From Gemmatimonadales bacterium (GTDB lineage Bacteria; Gemmatimonadota; Gemmatimonadetes; Gemmatimonadales; GWC2-71-9): 60,796 nt of DNA. Below, in pieces: positions 1-9,240 of the stretch; position 1 is the stretch's first letter, and the number at the start of each line of letters is the position of its first letter. The notes under the pieces were generated by a model, which saw only the letters and a list, made by a program, of their open reading frames with translations, did no database searches and was not told where the DNA came from. Made by a program: the position numbers and the translations under genes. The DNA lies in assembly GCA_035549935.1 (NCBI GenBank), contig DASZPT010000089.1:1-60796 (forward strand), read 5' to 3'.

Positions 1-1
1 C

Positions 2-439
2 ACCGCCGACCTCCAGGCCTTCCTCGCCTTCAGCCGAGGCCTCGAGGCCGAGGACCGGGGCGACTGGAAGAGCGCGGCGGAGAACTACAGCGCCGCGGTG
101 GCGCGCGACCCCAACTTCCGCGCCGCGCGCGACAAGCAGACCGCTGCACAGCGGATCGCCGCCACCGAGCAGGTCAGCCCCTCCGAGCTCGCGGGCGCCG
201 GCGGCCAGGAGCCGCCGCGCGGGCCCGAGGGCGAGGCCGGCTCGAACCGCTGGGCGATCCTGCGTGACGGCGTCCTCAACACCAGCCCGAGCACCGGGTC
301 CACCGTGGTGAGCCGCATGGGACCGGCCCCGATCTCGCGCGGGCCCGGCACCAAGCCCGATCTCCCCGAGGCCACCGGGAATGACGTTCCGGGTGGCGGT
401 CTCTTCGGCACCATCGTCATCATCATCACTCGCCCATGA
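2..439 (+). CDS. 3' fragment of a protein with a TPR-like helical segment followed by a Pro/Gly-rich tail (5' end lies outside the window)
   Basis: Frame 2 is open from the window edge (TADLQAFLAFSRGLEAEDRGDWKSAAENYSAAVARDPNFRAAR...). Its stop overlaps the next start as ATGA at 436-439. Confidence 0.5.
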   Translation, partial: TADLQAFLAFSRGLEAEDRGDWKSAAENYSAAVARDPNFRAARDKQTAAQRIAATEQVSPSELAGAGGQEPPRGPEGEAGSNRWAILRDGVLNTSPSTGSTVVSRMGPAPISRGPGTKPDLPEATGNDVPGGGLFGTIVIIITRP

Positions 440-1563
440 CCGCGCCCATGCTCCGCGCCACCGGCGCCGCGGCCCTGCTGGCCGCCCTCCCCACCCTCCT
501 GACGGCGCAGACCAACCTCTACCCGCAGGCCTCGGCCGTGTCGGGCGTCGAGGCGCGCCAGTACGGGTTCGACAGCAAGTTCGGGGTCGATCACGTGCGC
601 CAGATCGCGGTGCCCATCGCCATCGCCGTGCCGCTCGGACGGCGGTTCTCGTTCGATATCGGGACCTGGTACGCCAGCACCTCGGTGAAGAGCACCGGCG
701 GCGGGACCGAGACCTTTTCGAGCCTCACCGATACCCAGCTTCGGCTCGCCTACGTCCTCGGCAACGACGCGATCGTGGCGAGCGTGGTGGTGAACCTCCC
801 CACCGGCAAGGAGACCACGACCCAGCAGCAGTTCGGCATCGCCGCGGGCGCCACCTCGAACTTCCTGCTCTTCCCGGTCAACACCTACGGGACCGCCGCC
901 TCGGTCACACCGGGCCTGGCCGCCGCGACGAGCCTGGGTGACTGGAACGTCGGCATCTCCGGCAGCCTCCGCTACACCGGGGAATACAAGCCCTTCAACG
1001 ACGGCAGTGATCCCGACCTCAAGTACCAGCCCGGTCTCGAAGGCCGGGTCCGTCTCGGCGTCGACCGGCTGGTGGGGAAGGGCCGGTTCACCATCGGCGG
1101 CACGTTCAGCACGTTCTCCAACGACGAACTCACCCCGGGGACAGGCAGCAGCGGCACCTACTCGCCCGGCAATCGCTTCATCGTCGACGCGAGCCTCGTG
1201 GCGCCGGCCGGGAGTGGCACGGTCTCCTTCTACGCCTGGAACTACCACCGGGCCAGGTCGAGTTCCTCCAACGGTGTGATCGGGGGGAAGGAGAACATCC
1301 TGACGGGCGGGGTCGCCGGTGCCTTCCCGCTCGGCGCGAAGCTCTCGCTCGAGCCGATGGTGGAGGCGCGGCTCTGGTCCCCCGAGACCGGCAAGGGCAG
1401 CCTCTACGGCGCCGGGACCGGCCTCCGAATCCAGCTGTCACCGGCGCTGGCCTTCGTGCCGTCCGGCCGTGTCGACGCCGGCTCGATCCGGCTCACCGAC
1501 AGCGGATCGTCGAGTTCGATCTTCGCCTGGGATGCCAGCGCGATGCTGCGGTACACCTTCTGA
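436..1563 (+). CDS. Outer-membrane beta-barrel protein, family unknown
   Basis: Signal peptide MTAPMLRATGAAALLAALPTLLTAQ; alternating Gly/Ser/Thr/aromatic beta-strand composition; C-terminal ...MLRYTF aromatic terminus typical of OMPs. Confidence 0.75.
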   Translation: MTAPMLRATGAAALLAALPTLLTAQTNLYPQASAVSGVEARQYGFDSKFGVDHVRQIAVPIAIAVPLGRRFSFDIGTWYASTSVKSTGGGTETFSSLTDTQLRLAYVLGNDAIVASVVVNLPTGKETTTQQQFGIAAGATSNFLLFPVNTYGTAASVTPGLAAATSLGDWNVGISGSLRYTGEYKPFNDGSDPDLKYQPGLEGRVRLGVDRLVGKGRFTIGGTFSTFSNDELTPGTGSSGTYSPGNRFIVDASLVAPAGSGTVSFYAWNYHRARSSSSNGVIGGKENILTGGVAGAFPLGAKLSLEPMVEARLWSPETGKGSLYGAGTGLRIQLSPALAFVPSGRVDAGSIRLTDSGSSSSIFAWDASAMLRYTF

Positions 1564-1585
1564 AAAGGCTGGGCAGTAAAGGCCT

Positions 1586-1625
1586 CCGCGGGGTCAGGGC
1601 GAACGCCTTGACCCCGCGGCATTTG
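1586..1625 (+). terminator. Intrinsic terminator after the OMP gene
   Basis: An 11-bp perfect stem, CCGCGGGGTCA (1586-1596) with TGACCCCGCGG (1609-1619), followed by CATTTG. Confidence 0.65.
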
Positions 1626-1685
1626 CGGGCTTGGACCGACCGAACACCGTAGATTAGTAGCGGTAAGTACTACTCAGCAAAATTC

Positions 1686-1714
1686 TTGACTCCCCAAGGC
1701 CTGCATGGTACGTT
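1686..1714 (+). promoter_or_regulatory. Candidate sigma70-type promoter
   Basis: TTGACT (1686-1691), 17-nt spacer, then TACGTT (1709-1714). An unusually AT-rich stretch lies upstream (1650-1685). Confidence 0.4.
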
Positions 1715-1777
1715 GCCGCCCAATTGACCCCCCGGCGCCTGCCGGCGCGGGTTCAGGGCATTCACCAGGAGGGTGGG

Positions 1778-2119
1778 TTGGCCTCGGAACTTGGCGCCTC
1801 CCAGATTTCGACGCTGCTGGAGACGCTGCCGGGTATTGCCAACGTGCTGCGGAGCCCCGTGGCGGACGCCCTCCTCAACATCATCCGCGCCGCGGCGCGC
1901 GTGGGTGAGTTCCAGCTGGCCGATGCGGAGGAGCTGATCAAGTACGCCACCCGCCGCGGACTGGTCGGCCAGGAAGAGGGCGACCGGGTCCTCATCGAGG
2001 TCCGGGAAGCGGCGCAGCGGCGGGCGGAGAAGGCGGCGGAGAAGGGTAAGGCCGTGAAGGCCAAGGCGAAGCTCAAGCCCAAGGCCGCGCCCAAAAAGGC
2101 GATCAAGAAGCGGAAGTAG
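1778..2119 (+). CDS. Small protein with a Lys/Ala-rich histone-H1-like C-terminal tail (possible nucleoid-associated protein)
   Basis: ORF 1724..2119. The preferred start is TTG 1778, preceded by AGGAGG (1766-1771). The C-terminus reads AEKAAEKGKAVKAKAKLKPKAAPKKAIKKRK. Confidence 0.6.
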   Translation: MASELGASQISTLLETLPGIANVLRSPVADALLNIIRAAARVGEFQLADAEELIKYATRRGLVGQEEGDRVLIEVREAAQRRAEKAAEKGKAVKAKAKLKPKAAPKKAIKKRK

Positions 2120-2128
2120 GCCCCCTCC

Positions 2129-3820
2129 TCAGGTCTTGAACTCCCCGACCACCTTGCTGAGTCGGGTGCTGGCATCCAGGAGCGCCCCGGCCGAGGCAGC
2201 CATGTCCTCCGTCGAGGCGCTCTGTTCTTCCGCCGCTGCCGAGACCTCTTCGCTCGAGGAGGCATGTTCGGCGGCGGCACGGCTCACCAGGGCCGTCCGG
2301 CCGGCGAGTTCTCCCACGACATCCCGATTCTGGCTTGCCTGGTCCGACAACGCCCGGGCCGCGGTCTGCACCTCGCCCACGGCCGACCCGATCGCGTCGA
2401 GACCCTGGACCACGGCCTGCGCCACCGAGCCGATCCCGGCCACCTTGGTGGTGCCGACCTGCATGGTCTCGGCGACCTCCCGGACCTGGGTCCGGATGAA
2501 GTCGACCGTCTTGGTGACCTCCTCCGCGGCGCGGGCACTGCTGTCGGCGAGCTGGCGCACCTCCTCGGCCACCACGGCGAAGCCGCGTCCATGTTCTCCG
2601 GCGCGGGCCGCCTCGATGGCGGCGTTGAGGGCGAGCAGGTTGGTCTGGGAGGAGATCTGCTTGATCAGGTCGATGAACGCGGTGATCGATTCCGACTGCT
2701 GGACCAGGGCCCGCACCTGCTGGGCGCTGGTCTGCACCACGCCCTGGACGTCGAGCAGGGTGCTCCGCGCGGCCTCGACATCCTGGCGGTAGCGGAGGGC
2801 GGTGCGGCGGATCTCCTCGGCCAGCCGCACCACCCGCTGGGCCGCCTCCGCGTTGGTCGCCGAGGCTTCGCGCAGGCGCCCCAGCAGCTGGTCCGCCTCG
2901 CTCATCCCCATGACCTGGTGCTCGGCGCCGCTCGAGATCTTGAGCATCGCGGCGGAGATCTGGCCGCTCGAGGCCGCGATCTCCTCGCTCATCGCGGAGA
3001 AGTCGCCCGCGCTCGCCGCGAGCTGCTGCGATTCCTTGATCACCGTGCCGACCACGGCGCGGAGCCGGGCCGCCATGTTGTCCATCGCGTGCGCGAGCCG
3101 CGCCAGCTCCTCCGGCATCTGCCCGACCTCGGCGGGACGGAGGTCGCCGGCGCCGAAGCGGTCGGCCGAGGCGCTGAGGCGCGTGAGCTGGCGGTCGACC
3201 AGCCGGACGAAGGCGAGGCCCGCCGAGACGGCGATGATGACGGCGAGAATGGCGCCGGCGATGAGGAGCTTCTGGTAGGACCCCGCGCGGGAGCGGAGCG
3301 CGGTGGCCCGCTCCATCGCGTGCCGGCCCTGTTCGACGCTCAGCTCCCGGACCGCCTGGACCAGGCTGTCGGCGGCGGTCTTGGCCCGGGTGGCCACGAG
3401 GCGCGCTTCGGCCCCCCGGCCGAGATCCGCCAGCGCGTGGGCGTTCGCGTACGCGACCTCGAGGTTCGCCTGGGTGGCGGCGATCAGGTTGATCAGCCGG
3501 CGGTCACCCGCGTCGAAGTGGGGCAGGTCACGGAGCCGGGCCTGGTACATGTAGGCCGAGTCCCCGTTGCTGATGAACTCCGCCTTGACGGCCGGGCTCG
3601 GGGTGGTGAGGTACTCCTCGGCGGCTCCGATCTCGGTGAGAACCGCCGAGACGAGGGTGCTGCCAAGGGTCGTTCCCTGCTGCAGGGATTCCACGTCCTC
3701 GGTGGTCTGTCGCGTGGTCTGGCGCAGGGCAACGACCGACAGCGCTGCCATGGCGGAGATGAGACCGACGGAGCAGATGACCGCGGCGTAGTTGATGCGC
3801 CGGAGGCTGTTGAGGAGCAT
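2129..3820 (-). CDS. Methyl-accepting chemotaxis protein (2 TM, periplasmic helical sensor, HAMP, MA signalling domain)
   Basis: Conserved signalling hairpin ...[38 protein letters not shown].... TM helices at [27 protein letters not shown] and [21 protein letters not shown]. Start set at ATG 3820, because the upstream part of the ORF is not protein-like and would overlap the Smr gene. Confidence 0.9.
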   Translation of the reverse strand: MLLNSLRRINYAAVICSVGLISAMAALSVVALRQTTRQTTEDVESLQQGTTLGSTLVSAVLTEIGAAEEYLTTPSPAVKAEFISNGDSAYMYQARLRDLPHFDAGDRRLINLIAATQANLEVAYANAHALADLGRGAEARLVATRAKTAADSLVQAVRELSVEQGRHAMERATALRSRAGSYQKLLIAGAILAVIIAVSAGLAFVRLVDRQLTRLSASADRFGAGDLRPAEVGQMPEELARLAHAMDNMAARLRAVVGTVIKESQQLAASAGDFSAMSEEIAASSGQISAAMLKISSGAEHQVMGMSEADQLLGRLREASATNAEAAQRVVRLAEEIRRTALRYRQDVEAARSTLLDVQGVVQTSAQQVRALVQQSESITAFIDLIKQISSQTNLLALNAAIEAARAGEHGRGFAVVAEEVRQLADSSARAAEEVTKTVDFIRTQVREVAETMQVGTTKVAGIGSVAQAVVQGLDAIGSAVGEVQTAARALSDQASQNRDVVGELAGRTALVSRAAAEHASSSEEVSAAAEEQSASTEDMAASAGALLDASTRLSKVVGEFKT

Positions 3821-3904
3821 TTCTCTGGGGCGGTTAAGAAACCTTCGACAAGCCGGCTGAAGGCTAGCGGCTGGTCTGGGCTCAGGCAATGAGGCGACCA
3901 CGCC

Positions 3905-4189
3905 ATGGCTGACTGGATCATCGGCACCCCGGCGGCGGAGTTTGATCTCCACGGCCAGCGGGTCCTCGAGGCGGTGAGCAACACCGAGCGCTTTCTCGCG
4001 GCACAGGCGCGGGCCCGGCCGGGCGCCATCGTCCGGATCGTCACCGGGCGGGGCCGTTCCGGTGGCGCGGCACCGATCCGCACCCGGGTGCGGAGCCTCC
4101 TCCGGCGCCTCAAGGAGGAGGGTCGGCTGGTGCGGGGCTACGATCTCGAAGCGGGCGAGGGAAGCTTCCTGGTGCGGCTACTCGGGTGA
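3905..4189 (+). CDS. Smr (small MutS-related) domain protein
   Basis: 94 aa with the pattern ...[12 protein letters not shown]...[18 protein letters not shown]...L, characteristic of stand-alone Smr domains. Confidence 0.75.
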   Translation: MADWIIGTPAAEFDLHGQRVLEAVSNTERFLAAQARARPGAIVRIVTGRGRSGGAAPIRTRVRSLLRRLKEEGRLVRGYDLEAGEGSFLVRLLG

Positions 4190-4813
4190 GGAGTGCTCAC
4201 CCGCGGGTTCCGGCACGAGGACCGGTGCGGTATCGCGCGGTGCCGCCTTCGTGCGAGCGGGCTCCCTGGCCGGCCTGGGTTCGGCGGTGGGCTGCAGATC
4301 GCGCCGGCGGCCCCAGTCGTCCAGAACCCAGCCGTCGATCAGGCTCACCGATGCGACCTTGGCGTTGTTGTCCACCCGCCAGGTGAGGCGCATCATCCGG
4401 CCCTGGCGCACCCACTGGAGCATCCACTGCGGGCCCTGCACCCTGGCCCCCACCCCGCCGTACGCAGTCTCGAGTTCGGTCTTCCAGCTGTCGAGCTGCT
4501 CGCCGGTGACCGGTCCCGACAGCGTGAGGACGCCGGTGGCGCTGTCCATGGCCGAGAGCCAGAGCGAGACCGGCCGGCTCCAGACCGGATCGAAGAGCGT
4601 GGCCCGGCACTCGCTCACCGAGCGGTCGCGCCGGGAGCGATCGCAGCGAAGCCCCGTGCCCCCCAGCGCCTGGACCTGCTGGCTCACGGCATCGAGACGG
4701 GCGCCCGCCTCGAAGCCAAGGAAGCTGAGTGGCGGCAGGGTGGAAGCGGTCTGCCCGCGAAGCGGCACGGCCAGCGCCAGCCCAAGGGCGAGGGTTGCTA
4801 CGGTTGGACGCAT
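4178..4813 (-). CDS. Secreted hypothetical protein
   Basis: Start ATG 4813 gives the signal peptide MRPTVATLALGLALAVPLRGQ. Normal amino-acid composition; no recognisable motif. Confidence 0.6.
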   Translation of the reverse strand: MRPTVATLALGLALAVPLRGQTASTLPPLSFLGFEAGARLDAVSQQVQALGGTGLRCDRSRRDRSVSECRATLFDPVWSRPVSLWLSAMDSATGVLTLSGPVTGEQLDSWKTELETAYGGVGARVQGPQWMLQWVRQGRMMRLTWRVDNNAKVASVSLIDGWVLDDWGRRRDLQPTAEPRPAREPARTKAAPRDTAPVLVPEPAGEHSSPE

Positions 4814-4863
4814 GATCTGAATATCGTCGCTCCGGCGGGCCGGCAGTAGTCGCCGGGAGCGAG

Positions 4864-4903
4864 GTCCCCGGGGCCGTTGGTCTGGCCCCCGTGCCCCGGG
4901 GAC
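4864..4903 (-). terminator. Hairpin downstream of cspA
   Basis: An 11-bp perfect stem, GTCCCCGGGGC (4864-4874) with GCCCCGGGGAC (4893-4903), 24 nt after the cspA stop. No clear U-tract. Confidence 0.45.
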
Positions 4904-4926
4904 GATTGGGAAGGCGAACCGCTCGG

Positions 4927-5127
4927 TCAGGCCTTGCGGACGTTCGACGCCTGGAGCCCCTTCGGTCCCTCGACGATATCGAACTCCACCTGGTCGCCCT
5001 CGGCGAGGCTGCGGAAGCCCTCCATCATGATCGCGGTATGGTGGACAAAGACATCCTTGCCACCTTCCTGGGCGATGAAGCCGAACCCCTTCGCATCGTT
5101 GAACCACTTCACGGTACCCTTCGCCAT
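4927..5127 (-). CDS. cspA: Cold-shock protein, CspA family
   Basis: [18 protein letters not shown]...DVFVHHTAI carries the RNP1/RNP2 motifs. 66 aa, with a long 5' leader region (5128-5400). Confidence 0.95.
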   Translation of the reverse strand: MAKGTVKWFNDAKGFGFIAQEGGKDVFVHHTAIMMEGFRSLAEGDQVEFDIVEGPKGLQASNVRKA

Positions 5128-5412
5128 TGCTTCTTACCTCGGTATTGGGAGCTCACCGGCTCCGGAAAACACCCCGGCCGGAATGGCTGGGGCAAAGCAA
5201 AACGCCGGTCGAGAAAGCGTGACCAGCGCCAAGTCGTTTGGCAGTTGTCCACAGGGCGTGACGGCAGTGACGGTCCAAGGCGATAACCTCTAGTCCGTCC
5301 GGGGTTCTGTCAAGAAGGCATCTGCCTGACTGGGAGACGGGTATCTCGAGGCCGGTAGCGCCCCGGTTCGTGTCGGGTAGATTCCGGGCTCGCACTCCAA
5401 CAAGAGGTCTTC

Positions 5413-7407
5413 ATGTTCGTTGCCATCGTCCTGGCAGCGCTGCAGCAGCAGCCCGCCCCACCGCCGCCTCCCGCGCCGCCGAAGCCGCCGGCATCCGTGA
5501 TTGCCCGGGCGGAAATCCAGCCCGCGGAGGCGGCGGTGCTGGTCGGGGATACCCTGCGGCTTCAGGCGGTGGGCTACGACGAAGGGGGCCGGGTGGTCCC
5601 CGCGAAGGTGAGCTGGTTCGCGGCCGGCGGCTTCTTCGAGGGCTCGGTCGACTCCACCGGCCTCGTCACCGGCGGGGCGACGGGCACGATCACCGTCACC
5701 GCCATGATCCGCCCAAACAGTGGCGGCCGTCCGACGACGGCATTCGGCCGGGTCACCATTCTGCCCCAGCCTGCGAGCAGGCTCGTGGTGGCCCCGGCGA
5801 TCAGCCGGCTGTACCTCGGGCAGTCGGTGGCCCTCGAGGCGACCCCGTACGCGGCGAACGACGATCGCCGCTACGACGAAGTTCGCTGGACTTCCGACAA
5901 GCCGGCGGTGGTTGCGGTGACGCCCGATGGCCGGGTCACCGGCAAGGCGGGAGGGCAGGCGACGCTCACCGCGACGGCGGGGCGTGCCACCTGGCGGCAG
6001 GCCGTGACGGTGGTACCCAACCCGGTGACCCAGGTGTCGGTCGAGCCGGCGAGCGCCGAGGCCCGCACCGGCGATGTGGTGCCGCTCCGGTTCGTGGCGA
6101 AGGCCGGCACCCGGGTGCTGGGCGACGCGCGGCCGGAGTGGTCGGTGAGCGCCGGTGGCGGGGCAATGACCGATGCCGGTTTCGTGGCGAGCGAGGCGGG
6201 AACCTACCGGGTCTACGCCACCTTCGCGGGCCGCACGGCCGAGGCGGTGATCACCGCGCGGCCGCGCGATGTGCGCCGGCCGACGACCCTCGTCGGCCGC
6301 CTGCCCCTCAAGTATTCGGCGGCCGAGTTCTGGCTCCATCCCGATGGGAAGCACGGCTACATCACCACCATCGCCGACCGGGCCTACGCCATCGACGTCT
6401 CGGACCCGGGGAAGCCGTTCATCACCGACTCGGTCGTGGTGGACGCGCGGACCATCAACGACCTGATGACGACGGAGGACGGCAAGTACGGGGTCCTCAC
6501 TCGTGAGGGCGCCTCCAACCGGAAGAACGGCATCGTGGTCCTGTCCTTCGAGGATCCGGCCCACCCGCGCCAGATCGCGGAATTCACCGAGACGGTGACC
6601 GGCGGGGTGCACTCGACCTACATCTACAAGGGCTACGTCTACCTCACCGACGATGCGACGGGGTCGATGCGGGTCATCGACATCCGCGACCCCTACAAGC
6701 CCCGCCAGGTCGCGCGGTGGGAGACGCCGCGTCCCTCGGCGGGTCGGACACTGCACGACATCGACGTGAAGGACGGGCTGGCCTACCTCTCCTACTGGAA
6801 CGACGGACTGGTGATCCTCGACGTCGGCAACGGGGTCAAGGGCGGAAGCCCGGAGAACCCGGTGCTGGTGAGCCAGACCAAGTACGATCTCAACGCCCTC
6901 TACCGGGAGGTCGAGGCGGTGGGTGGCCCCGGCTTCATCCGTGGCACCCATACGGCCTGGCGCGCCGGCAAGTACGTATTCGTGGGCGACGAGGTCTTCT
7001 CCGCCAAGCCCCGGCCCACCGAGGGCGGCGGCGTGATCGGGCTGGGACGGGCGTACGGCCGGCTCCACGTGGTGGATGTCTCCGACCTGGCGCATCCGCG
7101 GATCGTGGCCCACTACGAGCCGAAGGACGGTGGCACGCACAACGTCTGGGTTGCCGGCGACACGCTCTACCTCGGGGACTACCAGGGCGGGCTCCGGGTC
7201 CTCGACATCTCGGGTGAACTTCGGGGGGACCTCCTGCAGCAGGGCCGGGAAATCGCCCACGTGGTCACGGGAGACAAGGCGGGTTTCGTCCCCAACGCGG
7301 CGAATGCCTGGGGCGCGATCTACCGGGACGGCTACATCTACGTTCCGGACATCAACTCGGGGCTGTGGATCGTCAAGGTGGACTCGAAGAGCGAATTGAC
7401 ACCGTAG
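5413..7407 (+). CDS. Secreted protein with tandem Big_2 (bacterial Ig-like) domains and a C-terminal LVIVD-repeat beta-propeller
   Basis: Repeated units of the form ...V.P....L..G....L.A......G......V.W.S......V...G.V.G...G.A.....; the C-terminal half has recurring G..VLD/VVD.S and Y.GD/A.G strands. AAGAGG lies upstream of ATG 5413. Confidence 0.8.
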   Translation: MFVAIVLAALQQQPAPPPPPAPPKPPASVIARAEIQPAEAAVLVGDTLRLQAVGYDEGGRVVPAKVSWFAAGGFFEGSVDSTGLVTGGATGTITVTAMIRPNSGGRPTTAFGRVTILPQPASRLVVAPAISRLYLGQSVALEATPYAANDDRRYDEVRWTSDKPAVVAVTPDGRVTGKAGGQATLTATAGRATWRQAVTVVPNPVTQVSVEPASAEARTGDVVPLRFVAKAGTRVLGDARPEWSVSAGGGAMTDAGFVASEAGTYRVYATFAGRTAEAVITARPRDVRRPTTLVGRLPLKYSAAEFWLHPDGKHGYITTIADRAYAIDVSDPGKPFITDSVVVDARTINDLMTTEDGKYGVLTREGASNRKNGIVVLSFEDPAHPRQIAEFTETVTGGVHSTYIYKGYVYLTDDATGSMRVIDIRDPYKPRQVARWETPRPSAGRTLHDIDVKDGLAYLSYWNDGLVILDVGNGVKGGSPENPVLVSQTKYDLNALYREVEAVGGPGFIRGTHTAWRAGKYVFVGDEVFSAKPRPTEGGGVIGLGRAYGRLHVVDVSDLAHPRIVAHYEPKDGGTHNVWVAGDTLYLGDYQGGLRVLDISGELRGDLLQQGREIAHVVTGDKAGFVPNAANAWGAIYRDGYIYVPDINSGLWIVKVDSKSELTP

Positions 7408-7447
7408 CCATTAGCCATACCCCAGTCGGTCACTTACCTTACCGGGT

Positions 7448-8059
7448 ATGACCGACGCCCAGACCCTCACGGTCCGGAGTTTCACCGACCGGGCCGAGTC
7501 GCTTGCCCATTTCATCCTGCGCGCGGGCGAAGCCCCCCGCATCGTCGCCTTCGACGATGCGGTGGGCTGCCCCCTGGAGATCGCGCTCGCGGCGCTGGAG
7601 TGGACCCGCGCCACCGGTGTGCTTCTCGATGAGGATATGCTTCACGCAGCCCGGCTCACGGGCGAGACCGCGGCGGCCGTGATCGAGCGCAAGGTCGAGG
7701 GCCACCGCCAGTATATCTATCTCGGCCCGCGGCTCGATGCGCCGCCGATGGATGTGTTCGAAGGCAAGGTCCTGTTCGACGAGCCCGGGGTGAAGGCGGT
7801 CGAGTTCACCCAGCGGGCCCACGCCCTGGCGCACTTCCTCCGCGCCACCAGCGGGGCCGGAGCGTTGCTCGCCCTCCTCGGACGGCGCGCCCCGGAGGTC
7901 CGGCACCTCAGGCGCTGGCTCGGCCCGATCCTGGGCCAGCTGGATGTCCCCCGCACGCTGGTCGGTGGCTGGTTCGCCGCCTCCAGTGCCGGCTGTCTCC
8001 TCTCCGTCCCCGATGGGGAACCCGACTACCGATACATCGAAGTAGGATTGGAACCGTGA
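7448..8059 (+). CDS. Hypothetical protein with an internal duplication
   Basis: Two related segments (RSFTDRAESLAHFILRAGEAP and VEFTQRAHALAHFLRATSGAG). Coupled to the next gene through a GTGA overlap (8056-8059). Confidence 0.6.
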   Translation: MTDAQTLTVRSFTDRAESLAHFILRAGEAPRIVAFDDAVGCPLEIALAALEWTRATGVLLDEDMLHAARLTGETAAAVIERKVEGHRQYIYLGPRLDAPPMDVFEGKVLFDEPGVKAVEFTQRAHALAHFLRATSGAGALLALLGRRAPEVRHLRRWLGPILGQLDVPRTLVGGWFAASSAGCLLSVPDGEPDYRYIEVGLEP

Positions 8060-8640
8060 AGTTCTCCACTCTCGTTACACTCGCGGCCCTCGCCGCGGGG
8101 GTCTCGCCGCTCTCCGCCCAGACCGTCGTCCAGCCGGAGCCCAAGCTGACCGAGGCGCAGCTCACCGTGCGGAACAGCCTCTACCAGCTCCGGGATTCCC
8201 TCCAGCTGGTGGAGGCGGCATCGGCGCGCATCGCGCGCGACCTGCAGACGGCAAGCGACGCCTCCCTGCGATCCCGCGCGCGGGCCCTGGCCGACCGGTG
8301 CCAGAGCGCGACCACCCAGCTCGACTCGACCAGGTCGGTGGTCCAGCGCGGCCGGCTCCCCGACCCGGATCCGACGAAAGTGCTCCCGGAGCTCGACCGC
8401 GCGATGGATGTGCTCCGCGGCCAGCTGGTCGACTGTACCAGCCAGTTCTCGACCCTCACGGCGCCGGAGAAGGCGGAGGAGCTGCGGGGCTACGGGATCG
8501 GGAGGGGTCAGCGGGTGCAGACCGCGATCCAGTCGTATCGCCCCGCCGCGGCCAAATACTTCCGAACCACCTTCCAGCAGCTGTACTGGCCCGCCATGCG
8601 CGGCGCCGGTGCCACGCCGTCCGGCGCCCCTCGCCCGTAG
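8056..8640 (+). CDS. Secreted, mostly helical hypothetical protein
   Basis: GTG start; signal peptide MKFSTLVTLAALAAGVSPLSAQ. Confidence 0.65.
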   Translation: MKFSTLVTLAALAAGVSPLSAQTVVQPEPKLTEAQLTVRNSLYQLRDSLQLVEAASARIARDLQTASDASLRSRARALADRCQSATTQLDSTRSVVQRGRLPDPDPTKVLPELDRAMDVLRGQLVDCTSQFSTLTAPEKAEELRGYGIGRGQRVQTAIQSYRPAAAKYFRTTFQQLYWPAMRGAGATPSGAPRP

Positions 8641-8655
8641 TCCGGTTTTCCCGAC

Positions 8656-8739
8656 TGTGGAAAGCTCCCCGTGCACAATTCCACATTGATGTGGAGATGT
8701 GGCACAGGTGGGGCTTTCCACATGAGTTAGCTATCCACA
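8656..8739. promoter_or_regulatory. Dense cluster of CCACA/TGTGG 9-mers (DnaA-box-like) forming a long imperfect palindrome
   Basis: TGTGGAAAG 8656-8664; AATTCCACA 8677-8685; TGTGGAGAT 8690-8698; TGTGGCACA 8698-8706; CTTTCCACA 8714-8722; CTATCCACA 8731-8739. The core palindrome is CCACATTGATGTGG (8681-8694). Confidence 0.4.
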
Positions 8740-8759
8740 TCCAGCCTGGATGAGGCGAG

Positions 8760-9240
8760 CTAAGCCGAAGAAAGACAGGCGCTTGCGGGCACTTTGCGAA
8801 ATCCTATCTTGGGCTCACCGCAGGGCGGACACGCAGGTGAGCCTCTCGCTCTACTGACGACCGACCAGCGAGCTCGGACAGGAATTCGGGGGAGACCCAC
8901 CGATGTCGGCAAGGGCACAGGTGGTCTGCGATCCCGGTGATCACTCTGGTCCGGGCAGGTAAGGCCAGTCGCGCGCCTTACCCGCTCCGATCTGGCGCCT
9001 CGGAGTGCCGTGCGAAGGGTCGGTCCGCGACCCGACTCGAGTCGCAGCGCCTGCGACGACGAACCAGGTGGGACGGCCATCCGGCCTGGGGATAATGGAC
9101 TGGGGCCTAACGAGCCAGAGCCGGGGGTGACCCACAGCTCCCGGTGGCTTGTTAGAGAAGAACGGCGGCGATCGCCCCGCCCTCAGTCCGTCGACGTGGT
9201 AAGCGGCCGCCGAGCCCCCGAGCTCGGCGGCCGCTTCGCG
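8760..9240 (+). ncRNA. Candidate structured non-coding RNA of unknown class
   Basis: No ORF with host-like codon usage. Many local helices, e.g. GGCTCACC/GGTGAGCC at 8811-8842 and an extended hairpin at 8942-9008 around GGTAAGGC/GCCTTACC. Ends in the terminator hairpin at 9201-9236. Confidence 0.3.

Noticed and set aside
3821-3952. The N-terminal extension of the MCP ORF (start at 3952).
   Set aside because: The extra 44 codons ([44 protein letters not shown]) are not protein-like and would overlap the divergent Smr gene start. The ATG at 3820 gives a normal cytoplasmic N-terminus followed by TM1.
8750-8857. A 35-codon ATG ORF (MRRAKPKKDRRLRALCEILSWAHRRADTQVSLSLY) inside the non-coding island.
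   Set aside because: It has no Shine-Dalgarno sequence. Its third-position composition and its use of AGG, TTG, CTA and TCT are atypical for this genome. It is more likely part of an RNA or regulatory region.
8760-9240. Tested whether the non-coding island is RNase P RNA, tmRNA, SRP RNA or a group II intron.
   Set aside because: By eye on either strand there is no GAGGAAAGUCCGGGC / ACAGAACCCGGCUUA pair (only a weak resemblance at TAAGCCGAAGAAAGACAGG). There is no tRNA-like GGTTCGA...CCA 3' end or tag ORF, no SRP helix-8 GGAA/AGCA motif, and no GUGYG 5' end with a domain V consensus. A covariance-model scan is still needed.
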